A stretch of 63,504 bases of DNA, filler included, from Reclinomonas americana ATCC 50394 (GCA_048213135.1; 31 parts of 31 records of this genome joined end to end with filler, not necessarily neighbours in it); one strand, 5' to 3'. Positions 22,790 to 37,146 are shown, numbered from the whole stretch's first letter. Notes: a model not told the origin generated them from the letters alone. Numbers and translations are program-made.

Positions 22790-24734
22790 CGATGACTGCC
22801 ATGGGCGGCAGCACCTGCCGCGGCTCCGGCGGCTGGCGCCAGCGACGACAACGACGATGCCGAGGGCGACGGCACAGAGTGGTGCTGATGATGTTGATGA
22901 TGTTGGTGATGGTGATGATGCGGCGGGTAATTGTGGTTGATTGAGTGTGGATGATGCAGGTGGCCGGGTGGCGGCAACGGGCGATGTGCTGCCGATGGCA
23001 CAGGCTGCGACAGCATACTTGGCGGTAATATGGCCTGCTGCGAGGCCAACGGTGGATACGCCACATGCGAGTGCACCGGTGGCGGTACTGGTGGTGGTGG
23101 TGCGGCGGTCAGGTGGTGGTGGTGGCTGCAGCAGAAGCGGCGGGACGTGGGAATGGCACGTGCACACGATGATGCGGAGGTGGCGGGGGCGGGTGATGCC
23201 CGTTGGCCGTCGTCGCAGCAGCTCCGTTGAATCGGTGCGTCGACGACCGCGGCGCCTCCGTAAATGTCAAGTGGTGAGCCTGGGGCGTCTGGAAGACGGG
23301 AGCCAGGGCCTGCGGGCCCTTTGGTGACCCCGTTGGCGACGACGGTGATGAGCGCACGCCACCTGGCGGTGGCGGCAAGAGAGCATACAGCACGGGTGGA
23401 ATAGCGCCGGCGGCAAACGACGCCGCCAACAGGCCCGGCATGTCTGCGGGTACCATGGCCGCCGCAGCCTCGGCAGCAGCGGCAGCAGCATGAGTGGGCG
23501 ACGAAGCGGACGACGACGATGACGACGACGACGACGAAGCGGTGATTGACGAAACCACCACAGGCTGCCGACCCGGCGACAGAGCGGCAAACGCAGTGCT
23601 GGAACTCGGTACCACCGTGCCTCCCTGCGCCGGCAACGCATGATGCGAGTGGTGTAGCGGTACAGCGGCGTGCTGTTGCGGTTGTTGCTGCTGCTGCTGC
23701 TGAAGGTGGAGGAGGTGCTGACTCGCATTGCCACTATGCGGGTGGTGACCGTGATGCAAGTGGAGGTGTTGCAAGTGGCCAGGCAGCTGAGGATGGAGGG
23801 GGGCGTGATGATGGAGCGGCTGCAGATGCGGATGCGGCGCGTGGTGACTTGCATGACCGTGGTGGAGATGAAGATGATGATGATGGTGGCTGCTGTGATG
23901 GTGATGATGGTGGTTGTGATGATGGAGGTGATAATGATGGCCGTGATGCGAGTGACTGGCGTACGCCGCATGCCGCCGTTGCATGTGCGCTCGCTGCACG
24001 AGCGCCAAGGCGGCCGCCGTGCGCAAATTCTCCTCCATCCACTCCAACTGACCACACATGCAGTCACCGCTGGCGCCACGAGGCAGCATGAACTCGGGCG
24101 CCACCGGCACGAGCGGCACAACGGTCGCCACTGGAGGAGAGCCGGCAGTCGCCGCGGGCAACAGAGCCGTCGGCACTGTGACCAAACCCGAATGAGGATG
24201 CACCTGCGCAATCGGCAGCAGCGCCACCGGGCCCATCAGCGGAGTGGTCGGAAACGGCGAAACGAGCAGGGGACCGGTGGTGCTGCTGGCGGCGCTACCG
24301 CCGGCGCTCTTGTGCCGCGGCTGCGTCGGCGAGTGCGAGGCCGACGAGAACATCGGCTCCGGCGTGAACGACGGCTCCACCAGCGCACCATCAGAGCCAC
24401 CGTAGGATGGAATCGGATCCGGCGTCAGCGACGTAATGCGTGGTGGTGGTGTGCGCGACGAAGGTGGCGGAAGCACCACTGGCCCAAACGACGGCGACTG
24501 GTGTGCCGAATGCGAGCCACTGTTGGCAACCACGGGAACCACGGGGACAAGAGGGGCCGGTGGTGGCGGTGGTGGCGGTGGCGCCAATGGCGGCATTGAA
24601 GGTGGAAGAATGGGCACGGGGGCCACAAGGGGCGTGGAGTGGCGGCGTGCGGACAGGGGGTCCATCGTGGACACAGCGGCCACCATGGGGGAGGGTGCGT
24701 GGGGGATGCGGGAGGTGACGGCGGCCAGCTGCAA
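22790..24734 (-). CDS. His/Pro/Ser-rich low-complexity protein fragment
   Basis: 541-aa ORF with poly-H, poly-Q and poly-S tracts. Confidence 0.55.
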
Positions 24735-24920
24735 NNNNNNNNNNNNNNNNNNNNNNNNNNNNNNNNNNNNNNNNNNNNTTAATTAATTAANNNNNNNNNN
24801 NNNNNNNNNNNNNNNNNNNNNNNNNNNNNNNNNNCTCCTCCCTTCTCGCCCTCCCTTCTCTTTCACCCCTTGTCCTCTTCCCCTTCCTCACCCCCCCTTT
24901 TCCCTTCCCCCTCCTGCAGG

Positions 24921-26395
24921 TCCACTGGAACTGGACGGGCCAGCAGGGCGGTGCCGGCGGCGCCACCGACAGCGAGATCACGGCGCTGAATGCGAAGCAC
25001 GCGAAGGAGCTGAAGGCGCTCAGGGTCAGTGTTTTAATCTCACAGATCTTCATCCTTGCACTTGCTGACCGCGTCGTGGTCGCGCGCAGGAAAAACTCGA
25101 AAAGGAAATCGAGCAACTGAAGGCCCGTCACGCCGATGAACTGCGCAAGCTGCGCGACGCCAACGACGAGCTGGAGCGCACCAATGCCGACCTGGTGATC
25201 ACCATTCAGAAGAACACGGCAAAGCACGAGCAGGAGATGACAGAGACCAAGGAGACGCATGCGGCGGAGATTGCGGCGCTGAAGAAGAATTTGGCGGAGA
25301 TTGAGACGCGATTGACGGCGGAGAAGGAGAGGGTGCGTGAGGGGGAGAGCGGGGGGAAGGAATGATGGTTGAGCAAGGCTGTGTATTTCTCCTTCTGTTT
25401 CTCTGTCTTTGTCGACAGTGTTTGTTAATGTGTGTCCTGTCACATTGGTTGTGTTTGTGAGTGCAGATTTGTACTTCTCTTCAACTTTCCTCTTTTCTTC
25501 TTTCTCGCTGTGTCGCTCATCGCTGTGTCGCTCATCGCTGTGTGTCGCTCATCGCTGTGTGTCGCTCTCGCTGTGTTGCTCTCGCTGTGTCGCTCTCGCT
25601 GTCTCTCGCCCCCGCTGTCTCTCGCCCTCGCTGCATTTCGTCCCCCCACCCCTTACCCTCCTTCGCTTTCCACACCCCTCCCCTTCCGCTCTCCTCATGC
25701 TTGCATCTTACTCACTTTCCCTTCCCTGCACAGGCCATTTTGGAAGTCCGCACCGTGTTCGAACTCAAGATTACCACGCTGGAGCGTGAACTCGACGACA
25801 CGCACATGGAGTTGGAGGTTTGTCCGCTCGCCTTCCCGCCCTTTGCTCTCCATGTCTCACACTTTTTTTGCAGCGCTCGAAACAAGAAGTGGAGCGACTG
25901 CGCGAAAACATCCTCAAGATGCGCTCCGACTTTGCCGACGAGAGCAACCGGCTGAAGCAGGCGCTGGCGGAGGCGCAGTACAAGGCCGAGCAGGCCTCGT
26001 CGTCGACATCGGCGCTGCAAAAGTGCGTGGGCGGATTGTGGAAATCTCCTCTTTCGTTACGCTCACCCTGTTTGTCTTCTGGCAGGTCGGTGGACAAGTC
26101 GCAGATGATGGCCGAGGATTTGCGGTCGCATGTTGTGCGTGTGGAGAATGCGGCGAATGCCAGCGACATGCAGGACCAGCTGCGCGAGAAGGATCGCATT
26201 ATTGCGCAGCGGTGTGTGTTTCTCGCTGCTGCTGTGATTTCCTCTATTGCTTATTTCTCTCGCAGCGATGTGTTGATCGAGGAACTGCGTGCGCAACTCG
26301 CGCAGCTGCGCAAGGAGAACCAAGAACTGCGCGATCAGATGGCCGCCATGCAACAGGAATTGGATCGTCTGCGTCAGGGTGCTCCCGTGTTGCAG
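24921..26395 (+). CDS. Long coiled-coil protein fragment, multi-exon
   Basis: E/K/R/L-rich heptad exons joined by short GT..AG introns. Confidence 0.75.
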
Positions 26396-26628
26396 GTGAG
26401 ATTCACACCCATGCACAACACGCACACACGCACTCTCTTTCGCTTTCCTCCTTTCTCTCTCTCTCTCTCTCTGTGATCCTCACCTCATGCTCTCCGCGAA
26501 TGACTGGCCTCTCATTCTTATCATGCATTATTTTCGCCTTCTGTCTCTTTACTCATCCACTTTCAAGTTATCCGCTCCTCTCTGCCGCCCTTTCTTCTCA
26601 CCGTCTCTCTGTTCTCTCTCTGCTCTCT

Positions 26629-26660
<32 letters not shown>

Positions 26661-26990
26661 CTGTCGGTCTCTGTAGTTGACTGGCATTACGGGTCTCGAA
26701 TCTGCTCGCTTCGCTGGCTTATAGCTTTTGATGCTCTCGCTGCCTCTCCTTTTTCTCTCACTCCCTTAAGTCGTCTCTCTCTCTCTCNNNNNNNNNNNNN
26801 NNNNNNNNNNNNNNNNNNNNNNNNNNNNNNNTTAATTAATTAANNNNNNNNNNNNNNNNNNNNNNNNNNNNNNNNNNNNNNNNNNNNGAACTAGATGGAA
26901 GGACGAGAGACCGTTCGTCGGTCGCGGTTTCGTTACGTGTCAGCAACGTAGGTAGTATTACTTCTACTCTTATCTACTTCTTCTTCTTCT

Positions 26991-27036
<46 letters not shown>

Positions 27037-27087
27037 GTTCGATATCTCGATATCACCCCCCCTCTTCCCGCAAATCTCACACGCAAC

Positions 27088-28815
27088 GCTTGCTGCTGCA
27101 TGAGCGTATCAATGCGCTTCCTGCGCAACGCCTGCTGCGACAGCTGCGCAGGCCCATCCTCGTGATCCACCGCCGGCGCAATCGAAAACTCCTTGGCCGC
27201 TTTCGCCTATATAGCCCCTCACATGAGAGACTGTGCGCAAGAGACAGACACCCCGTGTGCGCGCACTCACCACTGCCTCTTGCCGCCTCGTGCGCTCCGC
27301 CGCCGGCAAACGCGGTGTGCTGCTGCTGTTGTGCGGGTCGCGAAATGGTCGGCTCCTCCTGCGCACCTCCTCGTCTTCCACCTCATCCCCGCTGCTGCTG
27401 TCGTCATAGTCGCCGCCTGTCAAGTCCGATGCATGCACAGCGCCGGGCAGTGAGGCCACATACGCATCGTCGTCGTCTTCAGCGGCCTCGTCTGTGTCGT
27501 CGAGGAGGCGACGAGCGGGTGGACGTTGGTGCTGGCGACTCATATGCCTCTCAACCACTGAAAGAGGCAAAAAGGTGCGTGTGTGGAGCAGACGCTGAGG
27601 CACAGTGGAGCGTGTGCGTGCGTGTTGCGCGCGCGGGAAAACAAAGAGAAAAAGGAGCTGGTGCATGTGTCGCCGTCGTCCATCACTGCCATCATCCAAA
27701 CACCAGAACCTCAGCTGGCGTTTCTGCAAGCTCATGCCAAGCATGGATTTGACGCCAAATTCCACAAAGGAATGCAGAAAGATAGTTAGTGGGGTTGGCA
27801 ACAAAGCCGTGTAGCGTGCAAATGCCGTCGTCAATCACTTTATTTCGATCCCAGTCGACCTGCATTCGCCTCCCACGGATCGGTGAGTCCCCATGGAGGC
27901 GGCGGTGGACGGTATACGTGCTGCGGATCTGCAGGTGCTGATGAATGGAGAAACAGAGAGATCAGTCGCTATGGTCTGCGAGAATGACAACTGCACTTGG
28001 CGACCAACCTTGTACTCGGCGTCGTGGCGGCAGATCGCCCGGTGGCGCAATGTCGAATGGTGGATTGGGGCGGTAGTCAGCGAGACCTGTATAAGAGCCG
28101 CAGTGTGAGCAGCAGTGCGAACAAAGGATCGATGATGGGGCACAGCAAGTACCGTGATCGCGGAGGGTCTGTGTGCGCGCCTGAGACAGCTTTAGAATGC
28201 TTTCGCGCTTGAGAATGTTGGGTTCCTCTTCCAGCTCGGGAGCGCATGACTCGCGCAGCACTCGCGCAGCCTGGCGACCGGCGTGGACTCGTCTGTAATG
28301 CGTTGGTGAGTCGTCTGTGCGCGAGGAGGGATTTTCCGATACGTGTCAACGCAACGGTGGCACTGCGCGTGGTCTCTCGAGCAAGTCGCGCACGGGTCGT
28401 GCCACACGGGTCGCTGCCTCGGTGACTGCCGCCGATGCCATGTCTGCGCCAACACCATGTGAGTGCTCAATCTCCTCCCAGACGTGTGTGTGCGCGCGCA
28501 ACATTGCCGTTCTCCCAGCTCCGGCTGCGACACTGTCGGCGACTTGACGCCACTCATGGTCATCCACACCGGCTGCGCACCAGTGCTTGCCTCCTCCGAA
28601 GGCGCCACATTCTTATCGTACCAGCGACGCATCTCCTCCGACTGTCGCAGGCCTCGATCATACGAAGTCAGCAGGCCAGAGCTGTAGTCGCGATCCGAGG
28701 GCCGTCGCGCAGCGTTCTCCCGCGTCTTTTCGGCCACGCGACGCGCCAAGTGGTGTGCTCGCCTCTCCACCATTTTCGCCTGCTCGCCAATCTTGTGGCG
28801 CTCAAGCTCTCCGCT
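27088..28815 (-). CDS. Hypothetical multi-exon protein fragment
   Basis: Coding-like minus-strand segments; no family recognised. Confidence 0.35.
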
Positions 28816-29705
28816 GATCGGGGGTGGCGTGAGGGAGNNNNNNNNNNNNNNNNNNNNNNNNNNNNNNNNNNNNNNNNNNNNTTAATTAATTAANNNNNNN
28901 NNNNNNNNNNNNNNNNNNNNNNNNNNNNNNNNNNNNNATGGCGCGAGAAGTGAGCACACAAAGATGGAGAGGGAATCCACCCACATTGTTTTCACTCAAG
29001 AATTACGCATGTGAGGTGTCAAATTGACAGTGATACTTCGCTCGGTGTGTGCGTGCGTGTTTTCTTCTCTTGATTGCTAAAGCTATAGTTTTCTTCGACT
29101 TCCGATACAGTCACGATCAGCACTTCACTCTCGTGCCTGTTTCGCATCGTTTGTTGCACTCCGCTTCAAATGCAACTCACATTCGCTGCCTGGCAGTATC
29201 ACTCTGTTTCTCTCGTGGAACAGCTCCATGTAGACGCGAAACCACGTTTGCATTGTCTTTCTATCACTGTCTCTCTCTCTCTCGTGTTTCATCTGCTTGT
29301 AGACGTGAAACCACGTTTGCATTCTCTTTCTATCACTGTCTCTCTCGTGTTTCATCGGCTCGCACTCCTCTTTGACTCTACCAAGCCGCCTAGCACGTGC
29401 ACTATGCAGCCGTCTTCTCTCTCTGCTCAACAAATGCTGCACCACGTTGCATTCTCCTCTGCCGGTACATGGCAGCACGCAGCCGTCTTCTCTCTCCCTC
29501 TCTCTTTCTGTATCACTGCTCAATAAAAGCTGAAACACGCACGCGTTCTCCTTCTCTCTCGTGCATTATCAAGCTGTCTGGCACACAGCAACACATCAAT
29601 CACTGTGTTTCCCTTCTGTTTCATCTGCCTGTACCCAATCCCTGTCTCCCTCCCTTTCCCTCTTCCCCCTCCCTCCCTTCCCCTCTCCCCCCTCCTATGC
29701 CTCAC

Positions 29706-30086
29706 CATCCTTCACATCATCCTCATCCCTCGCCAGCATCTCCCGCTGCAGCACATCGGCAAACTCGCACACCAACCACAACAGCAGCGTGGTGAACAGA
29801 TTGTTCAACGCAAACACCTCGGCCGTCACCGCATGCCGCCACGTCAACGGACTAAAGGCGAATGCAGCGCCCACCAGCGTGGCCACCGCCAGGTTGTTCC
29901 GCGTCAGCTTGCACGCCACCAGCATGAGCAGGCCGGCCGCCAGACCGGCGCACATGGCATTGGCGGCATTGGCGCACCAGGCGGGCGAGGCTGAGGGGAA
30001 GAGGCGACCGAGCACCGCCAGCGCCGAGTGTGTGAGGAGCGTGAAGGTCGGGTAGCCGGGCGGGTGGGCGACGCCGAGGACGCCAG
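29706..30086 (-). CDS. TMEM260: TMEM260/DUF2723-like protein O-mannosyltransferase exon
   Basis: GVAHPPGYP...AFAFSPLTWRHAVTAEVFALNNLF signature. Confidence 0.9.
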
Positions 30087-30115
30087 CTGAAGGGGAGGGA
30101 AGGAGAGGTGAGGTG

Positions 30116-30635
30116 TCACAGAGAGAGAGAGAGAAGGGAGAGAAGGAGAGAAGAGAGACAGGGAGAGAGCAGCAGAGAGAGAGAGAGACAGAGAGAGAGA
30201 GAAATAGAAAAGAAGAGAAGGAGAAAAGAAGAAAGAGAGCAAGAGGAGAGAGCGAAGCGGAGCAGAGCAAGAGAAGGAGGGAGAGACTGCAGAGAGACAG
30301 GAGAGAGAAGGAGACAAGGAGAGAAAGAGAGAGAGCAAGAGAAGGAGAGAGACAGGAGAGAGAAGAAGAGACAAGGAGAGAGCAGCAGAGAGAGCAGCAG
30401 AGAGAGCAGCAGAGAGAGCAGCAGAGAGAGAGAGAGACAGAGAGAGGGAAGGAGAAAAAAAGAGTGTGTGTGTGTGAAGCAGAGAAGAGCAAGATAAGGA
30501 GGGAGAGAGACAGGAGACAGACAGGAGAGAGAAGAAGAGTCAAGGAGAGAGCAGCAGAGAGACAGAAGCAGAATGAGAAAAGGAGAGAGAACGAGAAGAG
30601 AGAGACAGAGAGAGAAGGAGAAAAGAAGAGGAGAC

Positions 30636-30672
<37 letters not shown>

Positions 30673-30850
30673 CAGAGAGACAGGAGAGAGAAGGAGACAA
30701 GGAGAGAGAGACACACAGAAGAAGAACGAGAGAAGGAGAGAGAAGGAGAAGAGGGATACTGAGAGAGACACAGAAAAGACAGAAAGAGAGGCGACAGAGA
30801 GAGATTGAGTGTGTGTTCAATGCAAGAGAAACAGAGACAAGAGGAGAACG
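30116..30850. repeat. GA-rich low-complexity intron with internal duplications
   Basis: Directly visible; pyrimidine-rich on the gene's sense strand. Confidence 0.85.
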
Positions 30851-30992
30851 CGCTGCGCATCGTGACAGAAGGCCACACGCACCCTCCCCCTCNNNNNNNN
30901 NNNNNNNNNNNNNNNNNNNNNNNNNNNNNNNNNNNNTTAATTAATTAANNNNNNNNNNNNNNNNNNNNNNNNNNNNNNNNNNNNNNNNNNNN

Positions 30993-32944
30993 AGAAACTG
31001 GATATGAGCTGACCTGGGATAGTGAAGTTGCCGGAGACAGTCGACAGTACTTCCACCAGCGATGTGGTCTCGATCAGCAGGGTGAATCCATTACCCTGGT
31101 TGGCCGTCGGTACGACCCAGTTGTAGACGTTGGACATGCCGCTGGCTGTACAATTGGCAGTCACCGAGTTGGCCACCGCCAGCCCAGCCACTGGCGGCAA
31201 GTTCGGCCCGAATAATCTTATCCTCGTGGTCACCGTGCCTAGAGCAAAGCACGTCCACCGCACGGGCACAATCGACGTCATTTCCGCGATGTCATTGATC
31301 GCCGGAGCTTGAGACGATAATGACGGATCTATCGTGATGGAGCAACTATGCGTAAGCAAACAAATAATGGAGCACGGGACGGGGAGCGAGCACAGTGAGA
31401 CGCACCGACGATGCGAAAGGTGGGCGACAAGGCAGAAACATTGGTGATGAGGTCCGTTATTCGAATCTTCCGCTGCGTGCTCAGCGGGAGACGAGGCACT
31501 AATGTCCACACGGTCGTGCTGTTGCCTGGCACGTGTGGCTCCGCCACCGTGATGTTGCGCAGATTGCACATCTGGTCATCTTGCGCGCCACCGGTACACG
31601 ACAAGTCCACCAGATCGATCGTCAGCTACAATGTCACGGTGTGAGGAAAGAGTACGCCACGAAGAGATGGGTCACGTCAGTCGCACCTCCACGGATTTGT
31701 CAGAGTTGTACTGCACGTTGAAGGGGAACAGATTGAATGCACGGTCGTCGTTGACCGGCGAAATGAACGTGACTGGACACCGGCGGCCACCGGTGTGAGT
31801 GAGTGGAGTGCAACAAGACCAAGGGCACCAATCGAGAGACGCAACAAGTTGGTGCGACGGCCGCGCACAGATTGTCCATTACGGCAGGCACCAATGTCGA
31901 ATCCAGCAGGAACCCGTAGTCGGGGTCCTGGTGATAGAAGCTCGACTGCGACGCCCACGTAGACAGCTCTGCAGAACAGTAATGAGGCCTCTCGTCGGGG
32001 CTACACAAGAAGAGAGCGACGAAGCACACCATCCGGGCTCACGTCGTTGGTGACGCCAACGGTGATGATGTTGCCGCCGGCGCTTTTGATAGCCGCGGCG
32101 GTGGCCGTGGCCTGATCATAGTAGAACGAGTAGAAACCGCGCGAGGAGATGATGCCATCGGTGACCAGCAGCACAATACTCGAGGCAGTAACACGCCCAC
32201 TCGTCAAAAACATGGTCTGCACGTGCGGTGATGTGTCAGCGAGACATCGACACAGCACCACCACCACCACCACCACCACCTCCGCCCAACACCACCGCAG
32301 GACGCAACTTGTGCCGCTTGCAGTGCAACGTCAGTGTACCTGCGCAGGCGACAGAGATGAACTGCGTGCGGGGGGATAGATTGTGTGCGCAACAAAAAAC
32401 GCAACGAAGCGCGTCCCAGCGGCGTCATGGCATTGACAGCTGTCGTCACAGATGCCAGTGATGTCCCCACAGAGAGATCGATGGCAGTCTGCGTATCGGT
32501 GCCACCTCCGCCGCTGACTGCGCAAGACCATGAACACAAGACCAGCCAGATTCGCGCTCTCAAATCACTCGCACGCAACATTGAATGACCGACAGTCTCT
32601 GCTTCTGAAAGTTGAGCTGCCCCGCCAGATTCTGTCGCACAGCACAGTCACAGAAACGCCGCCATCAGCGTGTGCACGAAGAGAGAGAGAGAGAGCGAGA
32701 GCGAGAGAGGAGTGAGATATACGCACAATGATGAACTGTTGCATGTTGGCAAAGCCAACTCCGTCGCGCATGCTGCCAGAGCCATCCGCCAGCACCACAA
32801 TGTCCATCTCCGCTCGCCTACACGGGAACGGCGACGCCACGCCGTGAACGCCAATCACCGCGCTGCACGCACTCACTGCGGCCACCACCAACAAGGCCAC
32901 CAACACACCACTCCACGGCCGTGCTCTTACACCATGTCGACGAC
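30993..32944 (-). CDS. Secreted or surface vWA (MIDAS) domain protein, multi-exon
   Basis: Hydrophobic signal-like segment, DIVVLADGSGS, spliced VIQFS, YTDVAL, LLVTDG and IITVGV. Confidence 0.85.
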
Positions 32945-33059
32945 NNNNNNNNNNNNNNNNNNNNNNNNNNNNNNNNNNNNNNNNNNNNTTAATTAATTAA
33001 NNNNNNNNNNNNNNNNNNNNNNNNNNNNNNNNNNNNNNNNNNNNAGAGAGAGAGAGAGT

Positions 33060-34821
33060 GAGAGCACACACGAACCGCAACGCGTGTGGTGCCTGATCGC
33101 AGTTGAGTCGCGGAAGCGCGGCGAGCACCGCACGACCACCGCGCGCCATGTTGAAACCCAAGTCGCCATCACCCGAGGCCTACATCCACAAGGGCTTCAG
33201 TCAACACGGTGGGGGGGAGCACTTCCCAAGCTGCACACTCACCGTGTCGAGCTCCGTGAGCAGCGCCTCGGCGCCAATCACTGCCTCCGAAGCGGCCGCG
33301 ATGGCAGCCGCCAATAGCTTTCCGAGATCGGTGCTCGCTGCGCGCTCCTCGGCCAGCAATGCCGGACCGCCGGCGGCTGCTCTCGTCGCCATCGGGGTGT
33401 GAGTACCGGCACTCGACGTGATCTCTTTGCAAGAACATCTCACCTTCAGGCTCGGGTACCCGATGTACGGCGGTGAGATCGGCCAGTGGCGGACGTGGGG
33501 CAGACGGCATGTTGGGCCATCCGGGGGCCACCGTCGGTGCGTCCAACAGGGTCAGCACGTCGGCGCGACGAGCAGCGTCGTCGGGGAGTAGTGCTACGGA
33601 CAGCGAGAAACCCTCCATGTCGAGTGCCGTCATCAGCGCACCCACGTACACGCGCTCCACCACTAGATTGTACTGGTCGGCAGCGGCGAGTTGCGTGAGC
33701 GCACGGCGCGCGAGAATGCCCAACTCCAGATTAGTTGTGCCGCCGAGGTTGTTGATGAGCAGCACGCAGCGGCTGCCACCAACGTCGCCCTGCTGCTTGC
33801 GGTGCACACCGATGATCTGCGGCACACGTGTAATGGGGAAGGAGAACTCAAGGGGGAAGGGAAGGGGATGGGCAAACGCACGGCGCGCAAGAGCGCATCC
33901 ACAGTCTCGTCGGCGGGCAACAGTGAGCGACGCTCCACACCGGGCTCGCCTGTCAACTTTCTGTGAGAAGCGCAGCGACTTGTGCGTGCAGGAAGGCAAC
34001 ACAAACACACACACCGTGAATGCCGAGACCGAATTCGACCTCGTCGTCGCCGAGCGCAAAGCCGCGCTGGCCACTGGCGGGGTTGGTGCACGCCGACAGG
34101 GAGACACCCATCGTGCCGACGCTGGCGGCCATGTGGCGCGCCAGGTCCACCACCTCCTCCAGAGAACGGCCGGCGGCTGCCGCGGCACCCGCGACCTTGT
34201 GCACCAGCACCGTGCCGGCAATGCCACGGCGTCCCGTGATTTTTCCGCCAATGGTTGCTGAGTAGAAAATGAATAAAAGGGGATTGGAGGAGGAGTTGTG
34301 GCGCGGGGAGGACTGACCTTCGTCCTCCGATGCTGTGGTCAGTGCAAAGTCGTCGCCGACGACCACCATTTCGACCTTCAGGCCGAGGGCACGGCATCGC
34401 TCCATGGCCAATCCAAAGTGCTGCGCGCCATGTGTGCAGGGTGAGCGGTGCGCACGGAGAATGCATGCGGAGACACGCAGGTCGGACGCAACGAAGCGAT
34501 CGCCAGAGTAGTTTTTGACAATCTGCGGGAGAGGGGGTGAGATAGAGTTAAAGGCAAAGGGGGGAAGCTGTGGGAGGACGGAACAAGCAAGCAGCCGGCG
34601 GGTCCAGTGACGGCGCGCATGGCAGCCACAATCGAGTCCACGGAGGGTGAGGTGAACACGGCGCCGGCCACGGCGGCGGCCAGCATTCCGGAACTGGCGC
34701 ACGTCACGCAGGAGGAGGTCAGGAACGAGCACGAATAGGAAGAAGCATCACCACAACGCACCCAACAAAGCCGCCGTGAGCGGGCTCGTGGCCACTGCCA
34801 CCGCCGGAGATTACTGCGACG
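33060..34821 (-). CDS. DAK: Dihydroxyacetone kinase / triokinase (DhaK-DhaL fusion), internal fragment
   Basis: [61 protein letters not shown]. Confidence 0.95.
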
Positions 34822-35096
34822 CTGTGATGCGAGAGAGGGAAGAGAGAGAGTAGTGTTGAGCGAGGCAGATATACAAACAAGCACAGAGACACCCATGCAG
34901 AGACAGAGACAGAGAGAGAGAGAGAGAAGAGGAGGAGAAGAGAAGGAGAGATGCCTCTATGAGCGTGAGTGAGGCACGGGGCGAGGCAGACAGGCANNNN
35001 NNNNNNNNNNNNNNNNNNNNNNNNNNNNNNNNNNNNNNNNTTAATTAATTAANNNNNNNNNNNNNNNNNNNNNNNNNNNNNNNNNNNNNNNNNNNN

Positions 35097-37046
35097 CGTC
35101 TCGGCATCGGTGAAGTAGTTGAAGTTGACAGTCAGCGACGACATGTCCTCCTTCAGGTTGGCCAGCTTCTGCTGCACCAGGCGGGTCTTGGCAGTACCAG
35201 CACCACCGACGAGCATGACCTGCACGGAGGAGACACACACACAGAGAGAGATGAGTGGCAGACACAACGACTGGAAGCGAGCTGCTGCTGCTGCGTAAAA
35301 AAAAAAATGCTCACCGGCTTGCCGCGCTCGAACAGGTGATCCATGAGGTACATGATAGACGTGGTCTCGGCCTGTGGCACGAACATGTTGCTGACTGGCA
35401 GCTCCGGATCAAAGACGAATCTGTGGCGTGGAGGGCGAGTGTGAGATGACGCTGTGCGGTATGTGCGCGCAAGTGCTTGCACGAAACGGCTTGATAATGT
35501 CGTTCCAGCGGCGGAACTCGTGCGTCTTCGGATCAATGTAGAAGTCGTACACGGTGCCATCGTCGGGGAACTTGATGAACTTCCACTCACGCCAGTACTT
35601 GTTGAACGAGTTGCTGGTATGCAGCGGTCAGTCGCGGATTTGTATACAAACCCATCGAAAGAGTACAACACACACACACACACACACACACACTCACCGG
35701 TAATCAAAGCCATCCTTCGGGGCGCACGCGCCGCCAAACGCCCACACACAGCAGAAGCAGAAGTACTTCTCCACCAAGTCCTTGTTGAACACGCGCTCCT
35801 CCTTGCCGCTCTCGTCGGTCACCATAATGTACTGCTCCTCCTCTTGCACGTAGGGGAGGAAGCACTCGAGCAGGTTGGTCAACGTGCCGAGCATGTCTGC
35901 AAGTGTGCCACCCATTCAGTAACGGAAAGAGAGAAAAAGAGAGGCGGTCGGTGACAAGGCACAGCAGCGCAACTCATGGTCGACAACGGCACAATCTGCT
36001 TGAACGACTTGCGCATCGACTCGACCACCATGTCAATGTACTTGCCCATCTGCAATAAGGGAGGGAGGGAGAGAGAGAGAGAGTCAGCAGGTGCATGGAG
36101 AGAAGAGAACAGCAACCAGTGCCTCCACTCACCAAACCGTGCAGGCATGAGCGGTAGTCGGGCACATCGGAAAAGTTGTTCACCCAGCTGGTGAGGAACG
36201 GCATGTAGCCAATGTCCGTGTCGGAGATGTAGATGATACCGGCTCGCGACACCGTGGCGGGCGTGGCGTAGCGCAAATGCGCAATCTCGAAAATCATACG
36301 CATGTGGTCCTTCAGCGGAATGCGATCGTTGTTGGCCAACGTCAGAATCTTGTTGTCGTCCATCACAGAGTTCATCGACTCGATCCACTCCGTGTCCAGA
36401 TCACCGTCCAGCAGAATCCACTTGGGCGTGGTGTCGGGAATCTCACCCAGGTCACGCATAATGGTGGACAGCAGACCGTCCTTCCACTCCTTGGTGGCCG
36501 GGTTGGCGAAGCCGTACAGTTCGTTGGAGGTGATGGCCTTCGGGTTGAGGTCCTTCACCGTCGTCTTCTTGCCGAGGGCGGTGTTGGCCTTGGCCAGCGA
36601 CTTCCACAGCACACTCTTGCCGACACCAGTCTGGCCAATGACGAAAATAGAGTGGCGCACACCGAGCAGCTCCTCCAGCTGCACGCACTTGAGCACCAGG
36701 CCATCCTCGGCCTGGTAGCCCAGCTTGATGATCTCGTCGCGGCACACTTGCTCAAAGTTGAGATCCTGCTTACGCGGCAGATCCAGGCCCGGGAACAGAT
36801 CATTCATGAGACCCATGAAGATATCGTCGTCCTCCGTCACAATCTGTGTGTGCATCACGGTGTTATTACAACTGGCAGGAGACAAGTGGATAATGTTGAG
36901 GAACTTGCCTTCGGCTTGTTGAAATCACGAAGAGCGCGCATGAGAATGCCTTCCTCGTCAATGTCGGGCTCGGCACGCTTGAGAGAACCGGCGACGACCA
37001 GCACGGACTTGATGGCTCGGAGACCCCAATCGTAGTGATCTTGCTT
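35097..37046 (-). CDS. Axonemal dynein heavy chain, AAA1-AAA3 region (outer-arm beta-like)
   Basis: [89 protein letters not shown]. Confidence 0.96.
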
Positions 37047-37146
37047 NNNNNNNNNNNNNNNNNNNNNNNNNNNNNNNNNNNNNNNNNNNNTTAATTAATT
37101 AANNNNNNNNNNNNNNNNNNNNNNNNNNNNNNNNNNNNNNNNNNNN

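Noticed and set aside
30108..30944. RE-rich and LS-rich ORFs (also 6324-6972, 20216-20686, 22164-22745)
   Set aside because: They arise from stop-poor GA/CT low-complexity DNA.
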